Source: Escherichia coli
GTDB taxonomy: Bacteria; Pseudomonadota; Gammaproteobacteria; Enterobacterales; Enterobacteriaceae
Assembly (NCBI RefSeq): GCF_036507355.1
Contig: NZ_AP027877.1
Direction: 5' to 3' (one strand)
Length of the DNA: 64,000 nucleotides
Shown in pieces: positions 42,116-55,039 of this stretch; the stretch's first letter is position 1, and every line of letters starts with the position of its first letter. The notes below the pieces were generated by a model. It had not been told where the DNA came from and ran no database searches. It was given only the letters and a program-made list of their open reading frames with translations. A program made the position numbers and the translations under genes.

Positions 42116-42997
42116 ATGCACATCACCCTCCGGCAGTTGGAAGTTTTTGCAGAAGTATTGAAAAGTGGATCAACCACCCAGGCGTCGGTGATGCTGGCGT
42201 TGTCGCAATCAGCAGTGAGCGCAGCCTTGACCGACCTGGAAGGGCAACTTGGCGTGCAACTGTTTGATCGCGTGGGGAAAAGACTGGTTGTTAATGAACA
42301 CGGGCGGCTGCTCTATCCGCGTGCGTTGGCATTGCTTGAACAGGCGGTTGAAATCGAACAACTGTTTCGCGAAGACAACGGCGCGATTCGTATCTATGCC
42401 AGTAGTACCATCGGTAACTACATTCTGCCTGCAGTTATCGCCCGTTATCGCCATGATTATCCGCAGTTGCCGATTGAACTTAGCGTTGGGAACAGCCAGG
42501 ACGTGATGCAAGCGGTGCTGGATTTCCGCGTTGATATTGGCTTTATTGAAGGACCGTGCCACAGCACTGAAATCATTTCTGAACCGTGGCTGGAAGACGA
42601 GCTGGTGGTTTTCGCCGCGCCGACTTCGCCGTTGGCCCGTGGTCCGGTCACCTTAGAACAGCTGGCCGCTGCGCCGTGGATCCTGCGTGAACGCGGCTCC
42701 GGCACGCGGGAGATTGTCGATTATCTGTTGCTGTCACATTTACCGAAGTTTGAGATGGCGATGGAATTAGGTAACTCCGAGGCAATCAAACATGCGGTGC
42801 GTCATGGGTTGGGAATTAGTTGCCTGTCGCGACGGGTGATTGAAGACCAATTGCAGGCAGGCACATTAAGTGAAGTTGCGGTCCCTCTGCCGCGCCTGAT
42901 GCGTACGTTGTGGCGTATACATCATCGGCAAAAACACCTTTCCAACGCGCTACGGCGCTTTCTGGACTATTGCGATCCCGCGAATGTACCGTGTTAA
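42116..42997 (+). CDS. yeiE: LysR-family transcription regulator YeiE
   Basis: 293 aa. N-terminal HTH ([36 protein letters not shown]). Confidence 0.93.
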
Positions 42998-43201
42998 GTT
43001 GCTGTACAAGAACATGCTGGTGCTGTGTCGATTTCGTGACGCAGCGCCCTCAGCATGCATTCGCCAGAAAAGAGATTGGCTGCTTTACTTATAATCCCTG
43101 GGCGATCATGAAGGTGTCTTATAACCGTGTATTTCTGCCGGAAGGATTGCCAATCGTCTGCTACAATCGCGCCTCATTTTTTAGATGGATAGCATTTTTG
43201 T

Positions 43202-44671
43202 ATGGTTTCCGAAACTAAAACCACAGAAGCGCCGGGCTTACGCCGTGAATTAAAGGCGCGTCACCTGACGATGATTGCCATTGGCGGTTCCATCGGTACA
43301 GGTCTTTTTGTTGCCTCTGGCGCAACGATTTCTCAGGCAGGTCCGGGCGGGGCATTGCTCTCGTATATGCTGATTGGCCTGATGGTTTACTTCCTGATGA
43401 CCAGTCTCGGTGAACTGGCTGCATATATGCCGGTTTCCGGTTCGTTTGCCACTTACGGTCAGAACTATGTTGAAGAGGGCTTTGGCTTCGCGCTGGGCTG
43501 GAACTACTGGTACAACTGGGCGGTGACTATTGCCGTTGACCTGGTTGCAGCTCAGCTGGTCATGAGCTGGTGGTTCCCGGATACACCGGGCTGGATCTGG
43601 AGTGCGTTGTTCCTCGGCGTTATCTTCCTGCTGAACTACATCTCTGTTCGCGGCTTTGGTGAAGCGGAATACTGGTTCTCACTGATCAAAGTCACGACAG
43701 TTATTGTCTTTATCATCGTTGGCGTGCTGATGATTATCGGTATCTTCAAAGGCGCGCAGCCTGCGGGCTGGAGCAACTGGACAATCGGCGAAGCGCCGTT
43801 TGCTGGTGGTTTTGCGGCGATGATCGGCGTAGCTATGATTGTCGGCTTCTCTTTCCAGGGAACCGAGCTGATCGGTATTGCTGCAGGCGAGTCCGAAGAT
43901 CCGGCGAAAAACATTCCACGCGCGGTACGTCAGGTGTTCTGGCGAATCCTGTTGTTCTATGTGTTCGCGATCCTGATTATCAGCCTGATTATTCCGTACA
44001 CCGATCCGAGCCTGCTGCGTAACGATGTTAAAGACATCAGCGTTAGTCCGTTCACCCTGGTGTTCCAGCACGCGGGTCTGCTCTCTGCGGCGGCGGTGAT
44101 GAACGCAGTTATTCTGACGGCGGTGCTGTCAGCGGGTAACTCCGGTATGTATGCGTCTACTCGTATGCTGTATACCCTGGCGTGTGACGGTAAAGCGCCG
44201 CGCATTTTCGCTAAACTGTCGCGTGGTGGCGTGCCGCGTAATGCGCTGTATGCGACGACGGTGATTGCCGGTCTGTGCTTCCTGACCTCCATGTTTGGCA
44301 ACCAGACGGTATACCTGTGGCTGCTGAACACCTCCGGGATGACCGGTTTTATCGCCTGGCTGGGGATTGCCATTAGCCACTATCGCTTCCGTCGCGGTTA
44401 CGTATTGCAGGGACACGACATTAACGATCTGCCGTACCGTTCAGGTTTCTTCCCACTGGGTCCGATCTTCGCATTCATTCTGTGTCTGATTATCACTTTG
44501 GGCCAGAACTACGAAGCATTCCTGAAAGATACCATTGACTGGGGCGGCGTAGCGGCAACGTATATTGGTATCCCGCTGTTCCTGATTATTTGGTTCGGCT
44601 ACAAGCTGATTAAAGGAACCCACTTCGTACGCTACAGCGAAATGAAGTTCCCGCAGAACGATAAGAAATAA
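43202..44671 (+). CDS. lysP: Lysine-specific permease LysP (APC family)
   Basis: 489 aa, 12 TM. Recognised as the K-12 sequence. Confidence 0.95.
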   Translation: MVSETKTTEAPGLRRELKARHLTMIAIGGSIGTGLFVASGATISQAGPGGALLSYMLIGLMVYFLMTSLGELAAYMPVSGSFATYGQNYVEEGFGFALGWNYWYNWAVTIAVDLVAAQLVMSWWFPDTPGWIWSALFLGVIFLLNYISVRGFGEAEYWFSLIKVTTVIVFIIVGVLMIIGIFKGAQPAGWSNWTIGEAPFAGGFAAMIGVAMIVGFSFQGTELIGIAAGESEDPAKNIPRAVRQVFWRILLFYVFAILIISLIIPYTDPSLLRNDVKDISVSPFTLVFQHAGLLSAAAVMNAVILTAVLSAGNSGMYASTRMLYTLACDGKAPRIFAKLSRGGVPRNALYATTVIAGLCFLTSMFGNQTVYLWLLNTSGMTGFIAWLGIAISHYRFRRGYVLQGHDINDLPYRSGFFPLGPIFAFILCLIITLGQNYEAFLKDTIDWGGVAATYIGIPLFLIIWFGYKLIKGTHFVRYSEMKFPQNDKK

Positions 44672-44689
44672 GTTTCTCCCTTCCTTGCT

Positions 44690-44718
44690 AAGCCCTCTCA
44701 ACCGAGAGGGCTTATTCA
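44690..44718 (+). terminator. lysP terminator hairpin
   Basis: AAGCCCTCTC-AACC-GAGAGGGCTT: a 10-bp stem, followed by ATTCAATT (weak U-tract). Confidence 0.6.
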
Positions 44719-44768
44719 ATTCCATTTCCCTGACAAATCATGTGGATATAAAATTTAACATTTGGATT

Positions 44769-44795
44769 GATAATTGTTATCGTTTGCATTATCGT
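44769..44795. promoter_or_regulatory. Fur box(es) at the cirA promoter
   Basis: GATAATTGTTATCGTTTGCATTATCGT. The first 19-mer matches the Fur consensus GATAATGATAATCATTATC at 13 of 19 positions, and an overlapping second half-site follows. Confidence 0.75.
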
Positions 44796-44962
44796 TACGC
44801 CGCAATCAAAAAAGGCTGACAAATCAGAGGCTGGTCCGGTTTTCTGGGATGATCACCTGCATACAAATAAGTCCACCGCGATGCTGCCGTACGCAAGGGG
44901 ACGTGAAGAAGATGTGAGCGATAACCCATTTTATTTTCGTAGTTACCTCATGGAGATATGGA

Positions 44963-46954
44963 ATGTTTAGGTTGAACCCTTTCGTACGGGTCGGGCTGTG
45001 TTTGTCCGCTATTTCTTGTGCATGGCCTGTGTTAGCGGTCGATGATGATGGCGAAACGATGGTTGTCACTGCATCTTCCGTTGAACAAAACCTTAAAGAT
45101 GCACCCGCCAGTATCAGCGTCATTACCCAGGAAGACCTGCAGCGAAAACCGGTACAGAATCTGAAGGATGTCCTCAAAGAAGTGCCTGGCGTACAACTGA
45201 CGAACGAAGGGGATAACCGTAAGGGCGTTAGTATTCGTGGTCTTGACAGCAGCTACACCCTGATTCTCGTCGACGGTAAACGCGTTAACTCCCGCAATGC
45301 CGTCTTCCGCCACAATGATTTCGATCTGAACTGGATCCCGGTCGATTCCATCGAACGTATTGAAGTGGTCCGTGGCCCGATGTCGTCGCTGTACGGTTCC
45401 GATGCGCTCGGCGGTGTAGTGAATATCATCACCAAAAAAATCGGTCAGAAATGGTCGGGTACCGTTACCGTCGATACCACCATTCAGGAACATCGCGATC
45501 GCGGTGATACCTATAACGGTCAGTTCTTTACCAGTGGACCATTAATTGATGGTGTGCTGGGAATGAAAGCTTACGGCAGCCTGGCAAAACGTGAAAAGGA
45601 TGACCCGCAAAACTCAACGACCACCGATACCGGAGAAACGCCGCGTATTGAAGGATTCTCCAGCCGCGACGGCAATATCGAATTTGCCTGGACACCGAAT
45701 CAAAATCACGATTTTACTGCCGGATACGGTTTCGACCGTCAGGATCGTGATTCCGACTCGTTGGACAAAAACCGCCTGGAACGCCAGAACTACTCCGTCA
45801 GCCATAATGGGCGTTGGGATTACGGCACCAGCGAACTGAAATACTACGGTGAGAAAGTCGAGAACAAAAACCCTGGCAACAGCAGCCCGATAACTTCCGA
45901 AAGCAATACGGTCGACGGCAAATACACCTTGCCGCTGACGGCGATTAATCAGTTTCTCACGGTTGGCGGTGAATGGCGTCACGACAAACTTAGCGATGCG
46001 GTGAACCTGACCGGGGGAACCAGCTCCAAAACGTCTGCCAGCCAGTACGCGCTGTTTGTGGAAGATGAATGGCGGATCTTCGAGCCGCTGGCGCTGACGA
46101 CCGGCGTACGTATGGACGATCATGAAACCTACGGTGAACACTGGAGTCCGCGTGCCTACCTGGTTTATAACGCCACCGACACCGTAACGGTGAAAGGGGG
46201 CTGGGCGACGGCATTTAAAGCACCTTCTCTGTTGCAACTTAGCCCTGACTGGACGAGCAATTCCTGCCGTGGCGCATGTAAGATTGTGGGTAGCCCGGAT
46301 CTGAAACCAGAAACCAGCGAAAGTTGGGAGCTGGGGCTGTACTACATGGGTGAAGAAGGCTGGCTGGAAGGGGTTGAATCCAGCGTTACCGTTTTCCGTA
46401 ACGATGTGAAAGATCGCATCAGCATCAGCCGTACGTCTGACGTCAATGCTGCACCGGGCTACCAAAACTTTGTCGGTTTTGAGACGGGCGCTAACGGACG
46501 GCGCATACCGGTATTTAGCTACTACAACGTTAACAAAGCTCGTATTCAGGGCGTGGAAACCGAACTGAAAATTCCGTTCAACGATGAATGGAAACTGTCA
46601 CTCAACTACACCTACAACGATGGTCGTGATGTCAGCAACGGCGAAAACAAACCGCTATCCGATCTGCCGTTCCATACCGCTAACGGTACGCTGGACTGGA
46701 AACCGCTGGCGCTGGAAGACTGGTCATTCTATGTTTCTGGTCACTATACCGGGCAGAAACGAGCCGACAGCGCGACGGCTAAAACACCGGGCGGTTATAC
46801 CATCTGGAATACCGGCGCGGCCTGGCAGGTGACTAAAGACGTCAAACTGCGCGCAGGCGTGCTGAACCTTGGCGACAAGGATCTCAGTCGTGACGACTAC
46901 AGCTATAACGAAGACGGACGTCGTTACTTTATGGCAGTGGATTATCGCTTCTGA
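44963..46954 (+). CDS. cirA: TonB-dependent catecholate siderophore / colicin Ia-Ib receptor CirA
   Basis: 663 aa. Signal peptide, TonB box ETMVVTA, and a terminal ...VDYRF. Confidence 0.95.
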   Translation: MFRLNPFVRVGLCLSAISCAWPVLAVDDDGETMVVTASSVEQNLKDAPASISVITQEDLQRKPVQNLKDVLKEVPGVQLTNEGDNRKGVSIRGLDSSYTLILVDGKRVNSRNAVFRHNDFDLNWIPVDSIERIEVVRGPMSSLYGSDALGGVVNIITKKIGQKWSGTVTVDTTIQEHRDRGDTYNGQFFTSGPLIDGVLGMKAYGSLAKREKDDPQNSTTTDTGETPRIEGFSSRDGNIEFAWTPNQNHDFTAGYGFDRQDRDSDSLDKNRLERQNYSVSHNGRWDYGTSELKYYGEKVENKNPGNSSPITSESNTVDGKYTLPLTAINQFLTVGGEWRHDKLSDAVNLTGGTSSKTSASQYALFVEDEWRIFEPLALTTGVRMDDHETYGEHWSPRAYLVYNATDTVTVKGGWATAFKAPSLLQLSPDWTSNSCRGACKIVGSPDLKPETSESWELGLYYMGEEGWLEGVESSVTVFRNDVKDRISISRTSDVNAAPGYQNFVGFETGANGRRIPVFSYYNVNKARIQGVETELKIPFNDEWKLSLNYTYNDGRDVSNGENKPLSDLPFHTANGTLDWKPLALEDWSFYVSGHYTGQKRADSATAKTPGGYTIWNTGAAWQVTKDVKLRAGVLNLGDKDLSRDDYSYNEDGRRYFMAVDYRF

Positions 46955-46963
46955 TGAGAAGAT

Positions 46964-46979
46964 GCCCGGCGAACCGGGC
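46964..46979. terminator. GC hairpin between convergent cirA and yeiG
   Basis: GCCCGG-CGAA-CCGGGC. No clear U-tract on either side. Confidence 0.4.
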
Positions 46980-46985
46980 GGACTT

Positions 46986-47855
<870 letters not shown>

Positions 47856-48079
47856 TCATCATACCGTTTATTCAATGTGCTGTGAGTAACTTTCACTTCC
47901 GTATTTGCATAACGATGTTTTAACATCTGCTGATGAAAGGCAGCGGCAATTACAATAATTATCGCTGTGAATACTGGATTATGTGCGCCGCCTCACGCAC
48001 AATAATCAGGCTGTAAATCAGCTTAATAACTTTGCCCCCACGCAGGGCGGAGGCGTCACACCTGCAGGAGAAATCATAA

Positions 48080-48748
48080 ATGCCATCACTCAGTAAAGAA
48101 GCGGCCCTGGTTCATGAAGCGTTAGTTGCGCGAGGACTGGAAACACCGCTGCGCCCGCCCGTGCATGAAATGGATAACGAAACGCGCAAAAGCCTTATTG
48201 CTGGTCATATGACCGAAATCATGCAGCTGCTGAATCTCGACCTGGCTGATGACAGTTTGATGGAAACGCCGCATCGCATCGCTAAAATGTATGTCGATGA
48301 AATTTTCTCCGGTCTGGATTACGCCAACTTCCCGAAAATCACCCTCATTGAAAACAAAATGAAGGTCGATGAAATGGTCACCGTGCGCGATATCACTCTG
48401 ACCAGTACCTGTGAACACCATTTTGTTACCATCGATGGCAAAGCGACGGTGGCTTATATCCCGAAAGATTCGGTGATCGGTCTGTCAAAAATTAACCGTA
48501 TCGTGCAGTTCTTTGCCCAGCGTCCGCAGGTGCAGGAACGTCTGACGCAGCAAATTCTTATTGCGCTACAAACGCTGCTGGGCACCAATAACGTGGCTGT
48601 CTCGATCGACGCGGTGCATTACTGCGTGAAGGCGCGTGGCATCCGCGATGCAACCAGTGCCACGACAACGACCTCTCTTGGTGGATTGTTCAAATCCAGT
48701 CAGAATACGCGCCACGAGTTTCTGCGCGCTGTGCGTCATCACAACTGA
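48080..48748 (+). CDS. folE: GTP cyclohydrolase I
   Basis: 222 aa, [23 protein letters not shown]... Recognised sequence. Confidence 0.95.
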
Positions 48749-48764
48749 TTAAAAGGCAGGAACC

Positions 48765-49922
48765 ATGGAGCGCAACGTCACGCTCGATTTTGTTCGCGGC
48801 GTCGCCATTCTGGGGATCCTGCTATTAAACATCAGCGCCTTTGGGCTACCAAAGGCGGCTTATCTTAATCCCGCCTGGTACGGCGCTATTACGCCGCAGG
48901 ATGCATGGACCTGGGCATTTCTCGATCTCATCGGCCAGGTGAAATTCCTCACGCTTTTTGCGCTGCTGTTTGGTGCTGGCCTGCAAATGTTGCTGCCCCG
49001 TGGCAGACGCTGGATCCAGTCGCGGTTAACGCTGTTAGTCTTGCTGGGCTTTATTCACGGTTTATTGTTCTGGGACGGCGATATTCTGCTGGCTTACGGG
49101 CTGGTGGGCTTAATCTGCTGGCGGCTGGTGCGCGATGCGCCATCGGTAAAAAGCCTGTTTAATACCGGCGTCATGCTTTATCTGGTGGGGCTTGGCGTTT
49201 TGCTGTTATTGGGGTTGATTTCCGACAGCCAGACCAGCCGCGCCTGGACGCCGGATGCATCGGCTATTTTGTATGAAAAATACTGGAAGCTTCACGGCGG
49301 CGTTGAAGCGATCAGTAATCGTGCCGATGGTGTTGGCAACAGTTTACTGGCACTGGGCGCACAGTATGGCTGGCAACTGGCTGGGATGATGCTCATTGGT
49401 GCCGCATTGATGCGCAGTGGCTGGCTGAAAGGGCAGTTCAGCTTACGTCACTATCGTCGTACTGGTTTTGTGCTGGTGGCGATTGGGGTGATCATTAACC
49501 TTCCTGCCATCGCCCTGCAATGGCGGCTGGACTGGGCATATCGCTGGTGCGCCTTCTTACTTCAGATGCCGCGGGAACTGAGTGCGCCGTTTCAGACGAT
49601 TGGCTATGCGTCGCTGTTTTATGGCTTCTGGCCGCAATTGAGCCGCTTTAAGCTGGTGCTTGCGATCGCCTGCGTCGGACGGATGGCGCTGACCAACTAT
49701 CTATTGCAAACGCTGATTTGTACCACGCTTTTTTACCACCTCGGTTTGTTTATGCATTTTGACCGCCTGGAGCTGCTGGCGTTTGTTATTCCGGTATGGC
49801 TGGCGAATATCCTCTTCTCTGTTATCTGGCTGCGTTACTTCCGCCAGGGGCCGGTGGAATGGCTCTGGCGTCAGTTAACTTTGCGTGCTGCCGGACCGGC
49901 AATATCTAAAACATCAAGATAA
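48765..49922 (+). CDS. yeiB: DUF418-family inner membrane protein YeiB
   Basis: 385 aa, polytopic, 16 nt downstream of folE. Confidence 0.9.
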   Translation: MERNVTLDFVRGVAILGILLLNISAFGLPKAAYLNPAWYGAITPQDAWTWAFLDLIGQVKFLTLFALLFGAGLQMLLPRGRRWIQSRLTLLVLLGFIHGLLFWDGDILLAYGLVGLICWRLVRDAPSVKSLFNTGVMLYLVGLGVLLLLGLISDSQTSRAWTPDASAILYEKYWKLHGGVEAISNRADGVGNSLLALGAQYGWQLAGMMLIGAALMRSGWLKGQFSLRHYRRTGFVLVAIGVIINLPAIALQWRLDWAYRWCAFLLQMPRELSAPFQTIGYASLFYGFWPQLSRFKLVLAIACVGRMALTNYLLQTLICTTLFYHLGLFMHFDRLELLAFVIPVWLANILFSVIWLRYFRQGPVEWLWRQLTLRAAGPAISKTSR

Positions 49923-49953
49923 CGATCTGGATCACATTCGTTAACAAAACGGC

Positions 49954-49987
49954 TGTAACCGTTTCCATTGCTGTGACTCGATTCACG
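49954..49987. promoter_or_regulatory. galS promoter module: GalR/GalS operator plus adjacent CRP site
   Basis: TGTAACCGTTTCCA (49954-49967) resembles the gal operator TGTAAnCGnTTACA. TGTGACTCGATTCACG (49972-49987) is CRP-like (TGTGA-N6-TCACG). Confidence 0.65.
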
Positions 49988-50063
49988 AAGTCCTGTATTC
50001 AGTGCTGACAAAATAGCCGCCAGCAAGCAGTCATTTACTGCAATCTCATAACAGGTAGTGAAT

Positions 50064-51104
50064 ATGATCACCATTCGTGATGTAGCGCGTCAGGCTGGCG
50101 TCTCTGTGGCAACGGTTTCCCGGGTGCTCAATAACAGCACGCTGGTCAGTGCCGATACGCGTGAAGCAGTAATGAAAGCCGTGAGTGAGCTGGATTATCG
50201 GCCAAACGCCAATGCCCAGGCGCTGGCAACTCAGGTTAGCGACACCATTGGCGTGGTGGTGATGGACGTTTCTGATGCGTTTTTCGGCGCGCTGGTAAAA
50301 GCGGTGGATCTGGTCGCTCAGCAGCATCAGAAATACGTGCTAATCGGCAATAGCTATCATGAAGCGGAAAAAGAGCGTCACGCCATTGAGGTGTTAATTC
50401 GCCAGCGTTGTAATGCGTTGATTGTTCACTCAAAAGCATTGAGTGACGATGAACTGGCGCAATTTATGGATAACATTCCCGGTATGGTGTTAATCAACCG
50501 CGTTGTGCCGGGGTACGCCCATCGTTGCGTTTGCCTGGATAATCTCAGCGGTGCCCGAATGGCGACGCGCATGTTGCTGAATAACGGTCATCAACGTATT
50601 GGTTATCTTTCTTCCAGCCACGGCATTGAAGATGACGCCATGCGTAAAGCAGGCTGGATGAGTGCGTTGAAAGAGCAGGATATTATTCCGCCGGAAAGCT
50701 GGATTGGCACTGGTACGCCGGACATGCCGGGCGGTGAGGCGGCGATGGTTGAACTGCTGGGGCGCAATCTACAACTTACCGCTGTATTTGCTTATAACGA
50801 CAATATGGCTGCTGGCGCACTGACAGCATTAAAAGATAATGGCATTGCGATTCCGTTACATCTCTCAATCATCGGTTTCGATGATATTCCCATCGCCCGT
50901 TACACCGACCCGCAATTAACGACCGTGCGTTATCCCATTGCTTCAATGGCGAAATTAGCCACCGAACTGGCCTTGCAGGGGGCAGCAGGCAATATTGATC
51001 CTCGTGCCAGCCACTGTTTTATGCCGACGTTAGTGCGTCGCCATTCTGTCGCAACACGCCAGAATGCGGCGGCGATCACTAACTCAACAAATCAGGCGAT
51101 GTAA
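50064..51104 (+). CDS. galS: Galactose isorepressor GalS (LacI family)
   Basis: ORF trimmed to [23 protein letters not shown] (346 aa). Confidence 0.93.
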   Translation: MITIRDVARQAGVSVATVSRVLNNSTLVSADTREAVMKAVSELDYRPNANAQALATQVSDTIGVVVMDVSDAFFGALVKAVDLVAQQHQKYVLIGNSYHEAEKERHAIEVLIRQRCNALIVHSKALSDDELAQFMDNIPGMVLINRVVPGYAHRCVCLDNLSGARMATRMLLNNGHQRIGYLSSSHGIEDDAMRKAGWMSALKEQDIIPPESWIGTGTPDMPGGEAAMVELLGRNLQLTAVFAYNDNMAAGALTALKDNGIAIPLHLSIIGFDDIPIARYTDPQLTTVRYPIASMAKLATELALQGAAGNIDPRASHCFMPTLVRRHSVATRQNAAAITNSTNQAM

Positions 51105-51132
51105 CCGCTTTCAATCTGTGAGTGATTTCACA
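51100..51132. promoter_or_regulatory. mglBAC promoter module: GalS/GalR operator plus class II CRP site
   Basis: TGTAACCGCTTTCA (51100-51113) overlaps the galS stop. TGTGAGTGATTTCACA (51117-51132) is a consensus CRP site. A TATGAT -10 candidate at 51154-51159 places the CRP centre near -41.5. Confidence 0.75.
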
Positions 51133-51384
51133 GTATCTTAACAATGTGATAGCTATGATTGCACCGTTTTAACGTTGTAACCCGTATGTAACAGTGAATA
51201 ATCACTTTCACCGAGGTAATAGCGTCATAACAACAATTAAAGCCGTTTTCTGGAGCGTTACCGGGCATGGAAGAACGAATTTTTAAAAAGTGAGCTTCGG
51301 CGTTCAGTAACACTTCATTAACTCTACTGCCCCGCCGAGCATTTATCTCAAGCACTACCCTGCATAAGAAAAACCGGAGATACC

Positions 51385-52383
51385 ATGAATAAGAAGGTGT
51401 TAACCCTGTCTGCTGTGATGGCCAGCATGTTATTCGGTGCCGCTGCACACGCTGCTGATACTCGCATTGGTGTAACAATCTATAAGTACGACGATAACTT
51501 TATGTCTGTAGTGCGCAAGGCAATTGAGCAAGATGCGAAAGCCGCGCCAGATGTTCAGCTGCTGATGAATGATTCTCAGAATGACCAGTCCAAGCAGAAC
51601 GATCAGATCGACGTATTGCTGGCGAAAGGGGTGAAGGCACTGGCAATCAACCTGGTTGACCCGGCAGCTGCGGGTACGGTGATTGAGAAAGCGCGTGGGC
51701 AAAACGTGCCAGTGGTTTTCTTCAACAAAGAACCGTCTCGTAAGGCGCTGGATAGCTACGACAAAGCCTACTACGTTGGCACTGACTCCAAAGAGTCCGG
51801 CATTATTCAAGGCGATTTGATTGCTAAACACTGGGCGGCGAATCAGGGTTGGGATCTGAATAAAGACGGTCAGATTCAATTCGTACTGCTGAAAGGTGAA
51901 CCGGGCCATCCGGATGCAGAAGCACGTACCACTTACGTGATTAAAGAGCTGAACGACAAAGGCATTAAAACTGAACAGTTACAGTTAGATACCGCTATGT
52001 GGGATACCGCTCAGGCGAAAGATAAGATGGACGCCTGGCTGTCTGGCCCGAACGCCAACAAAATCGAAGTGGTTATCGCCAACAACGATGCGATGGCAAT
52101 GGGCGCGGTTGAAGCGCTGAAAGCACACAACAAGTCCAGCATTCCGGTGTTTGGCGTCGATGCGCTGCCAGAAGCGCTGGCGCTGGTGAAATCCGGTGCA
52201 CTGGCGGGCACCGTACTGAACGATGCTAACAACCAGGCGAAAGCGACCTTTGATCTGGCGAAAAACCTGGCCGATGGCAAAGGTGCGGCTGATGGCACCA
52301 ACTGGAAAATCGACAACAAAGTGGTCCGCGTACCTTATGTTGGCGTAGATAAAGACAACCTGGCTGAATTCAGCAAGAAATAA
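51385..52383 (+). CDS. mglB: Periplasmic galactose/glucose-binding protein MglB
   Basis: 332 aa. Signal peptide [23 protein letters not shown]. Confidence 0.96.
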   Translation: MNKKVLTLSAVMASMLFGAAAHAADTRIGVTIYKYDDNFMSVVRKAIEQDAKAAPDVQLLMNDSQNDQSKQNDQIDVLLAKGVKALAINLVDPAAAGTVIEKARGQNVPVVFFNKEPSRKALDSYDKAYYVGTDSKESGIIQGDLIAKHWAANQGWDLNKDGQIQFVLLKGEPGHPDAEARTTYVIKELNDKGIKTEQLQLDTAMWDTAQAKDKMDAWLSGPNANKIEVVIANNDAMAMGAVEALKAHNKSSIPVFGVDALPEALALVKSGALAGTVLNDANNQAKATFDLAKNLADGKGAADGTNWKIDNKVVRVPYVGVDKDNLAEFSKK

Positions 52384-52391
52384 GACTGATT

Positions 52392-52418
52392 GGGCGCAGT
52401 CTATTACTGCGCCCTTAT
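52392..52418 (+). other. Intercistronic stem-loop between mglB and mglA
   Basis: GGGCGCAGT-CTATT-ACTGCGCCC: a 9-bp perfect stem, followed by TTATTG. It could act as an mRNA-stabilising or attenuating element, favouring mglB expression. Confidence 0.7.
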
Positions 52419-52443
52419 TGTATGGCCAACAAGGTAAAATTAT

Positions 52444-53964
52444 ATGGTCAGCTCAACGACTCCGTCTTCCGGGGAATACTTGTTGGAAATGAGCGGTATC
52501 AACAAGTCTTTTCCTGGTGTTAAGGCACTGGATAACGTTAATTTAAAAGTCCGGTCACATTCTATCCATGCATTAATGGGGGAAAACGGTGCAGGAAAAT
52601 CAACATTATTAAAATGCCTGTTTGGTATTTATCAAAAAGACTCCGGCACCATTTTATTCCAGGGTAAAGAGATCGATTTCCATTCTGCAAAAGAAGCCCT
52701 GGAAAATGGTATTTCGATGGTACACCAGGAGTTAAACCTGGTATTACAACGTTCGGTGATGGATAACATGTGGCTGGGGCGATATCCCACCAAAGGCATG
52801 TTTGTCGATCAGGACAAAATGTACCGCGAAACCAAAGCGATTTTTGATGAACTGGATATTGATATCGATCCGCGTGCGCGCGTCGGCACATTATCTGTTT
52901 CGCAAATGCAGATGATCGAAATCGCCAAAGCGTTTTCCTATAACGCGAAAATTGTGATTATGGATGAACCGACTTCTTCGTTAACCGAAAAAGAGGTCAA
53001 TCATCTGTTCACTATTATTCGTAAATTAAAAGAGCGCGGCTGCGGTATTGTTTATATCTCGCATAAAATGGAAGAAATCTTCCAGTTATGTGATGAAGTT
53101 ACCGTATTGCGCGACGGTCAGTGGATCGCCACCGAACCGCTGGCAGGGCTGACGATGGACAAGATTATCGCCATGATGGTTGGGCGTTCTCTTAACCAGC
53201 GTTTTCCTGACAAAGAAAACAAGCCGGGCGAAGTCATCCTCGAGGTGCGTAACCTGACGTCACTGCGCCAGCCGTCGATTCGCGATGTCTCGTTTGATCT
53301 GCATAAAGGGGAGATCCTCGGTATTGCCGGTCTGGTGGGGGCGAAACGTACCGATATTGTTGAGACGTTATTTGGTATTCGCGAGAAATCGGCTGGCACC
53401 ATTACGTTGCACGGCAAAAAGATCAATAACCATAATGCCAATGAAGCCATAAACCACGGATTTGCACTGGTAACTGAGGAGCGCCGCTCAACGGGAATTT
53501 ATGCCTATCTGGATATTGGTTTTAACTCGTTAATTTCCAATATTCGCAACTACAAAAATAAAGTTGGTTTACTGGATAACTCGCGGATGAAAAGCGATAC
53601 CCAGTGGGTGATTGATTCGATGCGGGTAAAAACACCGGGGCATCGGGCGCAAATTGGTTCGCTCTCAGGTGGTAATCAGCAAAAGGTGATTATTGGGCGC
53701 TGGCTACTAACGCAACCGGAAATATTAATGCTCGATGAACCGACGCGCGGTATTGATGTCGGGGCGAAGTTTGAGATCTATCAGTTAATTGCCGAACTGG
53801 CGAAGAAAGGCAAAGGGATTATTATTATCTCCTCTGAAATGCCTGAGTTGTTAGGGATAACAGACCGTATTCTGGTCATGAGCAATGGTCTCGTTTCCGG
53901 AATTGTCGACACAAAAACAACAACGCAAAACGAAATTCTGCGTCTTGCGTCTTTGCACCTTTAA
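52444..53964 (+). CDS. mglA: Galactose/methyl-galactoside ABC transporter ATPase MglA
   Basis: 506 aa, duplicated ABC domains ([17 protein letters not shown]). Confidence 0.96.
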   Translation: MVSSTTPSSGEYLLEMSGINKSFPGVKALDNVNLKVRSHSIHALMGENGAGKSTLLKCLFGIYQKDSGTILFQGKEIDFHSAKEALENGISMVHQELNLVLQRSVMDNMWLGRYPTKGMFVDQDKMYRETKAIFDELDIDIDPRARVGTLSVSQMQMIEIAKAFSYNAKIVIMDEPTSSLTEKEVNHLFTIIRKLKERGCGIVYISHKMEEIFQLCDEVTVLRDGQWIATEPLAGLTMDKIIAMMVGRSLNQRFPDKENKPGEVILEVRNLTSLRQPSIRDVSFDLHKGEILGIAGLVGAKRTDIVETLFGIREKSAGTITLHGKKINNHNANEAINHGFALVTEERRSTGIYAYLDIGFNSLISNIRNYKNKVGLLDNSRMKSDTQWVIDSMRVKTPGHRAQIGSLSGGNQQKVIIGRWLLTQPEILMLDEPTRGIDVGAKFEIYQLIAELAKKGKGIIIISSEMPELLGITDRILVMSNGLVSGIVDTKTTTQNEILRLASLHL

Positions 53965-53979
53965 GATTAGGGGCTTCCC

Positions 53980-54990
53980 ATGAGTGCGTTAAATAAGAAA
54001 AGTTTTCTTACTTACCTGAAAGAGGGCGGTATTTACGTCGTTCTTTTAGTTTTGCTGGCGATTATTATTTTCCAGGACCCAACATTTTTAAGTCTGTTGA
54101 ACTTAAGTAATATTCTCACCCAGTCATCGGTGCGTATTATTATCGCGCTCGGCGTGGCAGGGTTAATTGTCACCCAGGGGACCGACCTTTCTGCAGGTCG
54201 CCAGGTGGGGCTGGCGGCAGTAGTAGCGGCGACGTTATTGCAGTCCATGGATAACGCCAACAAAGTGTTCCCGGAAATGGCGACGATGCCGATTGCGCTG
54301 GTTATTCTGATTGTCTGTGCCATTGGTGCGGTGATCGGTTTGATCAACGGTCTGATTATCGCTTATCTCAACGTTACGCCGTTCATTACCACGCTCGGCA
54401 CGATGATCATCGTCTATGGCATCAACTCGCTCTATTACGACTTTGTCGGGGCGTCGCCAATTTCTGGTTTTGACAGTGGCTTCTCTACCTTTGCTCAGGG
54501 CTTTGTCGCGCTGGGGAGTTTCCGTCTCTCTTACATCACCTTCTACGCGTTGATTGCGGTGGCGTTCGTCTGGGTGTTGTGGAACAAAACCCGCTTCGGT
54601 AAGAACATTTTTGCCATTGGCGGTAACCCGGAAGCGGCAAAAGTATCTGGTGTCAACGTCGGCCTGAACCTGCTGATGATCTACGCGTTGTCTGGTGTGT
54701 TCTATGCCTTCGGCGGGATGTTAGAAGCCGGACGTATCGGCTCTGCCACCAACAACCTCGGCTTTATGTATGAACTGGATGCTATCGCGGCGTGCGTGGT
54801 AGGCGGTGTATCGTTCAGCGGCGGTGTGGGGACGGTGATTGGCGTGGTGACCGGGGTAATTATTTTTACCGTCATCAACTATGGCCTGACGTACATCGGC
54901 GTAAACCCATACTGGCAGTACATCATCAAAGGGGCGATTATTATCTTCGCCGTGGCACTGGATTCACTGAAGTACGCGCGTAAGAAGTGA
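53980..54990 (+). CDS. mglC: Galactose/methyl-galactoside ABC transporter permease MglC
   Basis: 336 aa, polytopic. Confidence 0.96.
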   Translation: MSALNKKSFLTYLKEGGIYVVLLVLLAIIIFQDPTFLSLLNLSNILTQSSVRIIIALGVAGLIVTQGTDLSAGRQVGLAAVVAATLLQSMDNANKVFPEMATMPIALVILIVCAIGAVIGLINGLIIAYLNVTPFITTLGTMIIVYGINSLYYDFVGASPISGFDSGFSTFAQGFVALGSFRLSYITFYALIAVAFVWVLWNKTRFGKNIFAIGGNPEAAKVSGVNVGLNLLMIYALSGVFYAFGGMLEAGRIGSATNNLGFMYELDAIAACVVGGVSFSGGVGTVIGVVTGVIIFTVINYGLTYIGVNPYWQYIIKGAIIIFAVALDSLKYARKK

Positions 54991-55039
54991 TATGATTGTG
55001 GTCCGCATTCGGTCATAAACGCACATAACATCATGATCT

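Noticed and set aside
44767-44970. 67-aa ORF upstream of cirA.
   Set aside because: It starts at a TTG inside the Fur box and spans the cirA promoter and leader. It has no RBS. The region is better explained as cirA regulatory DNA and 5' UTR.
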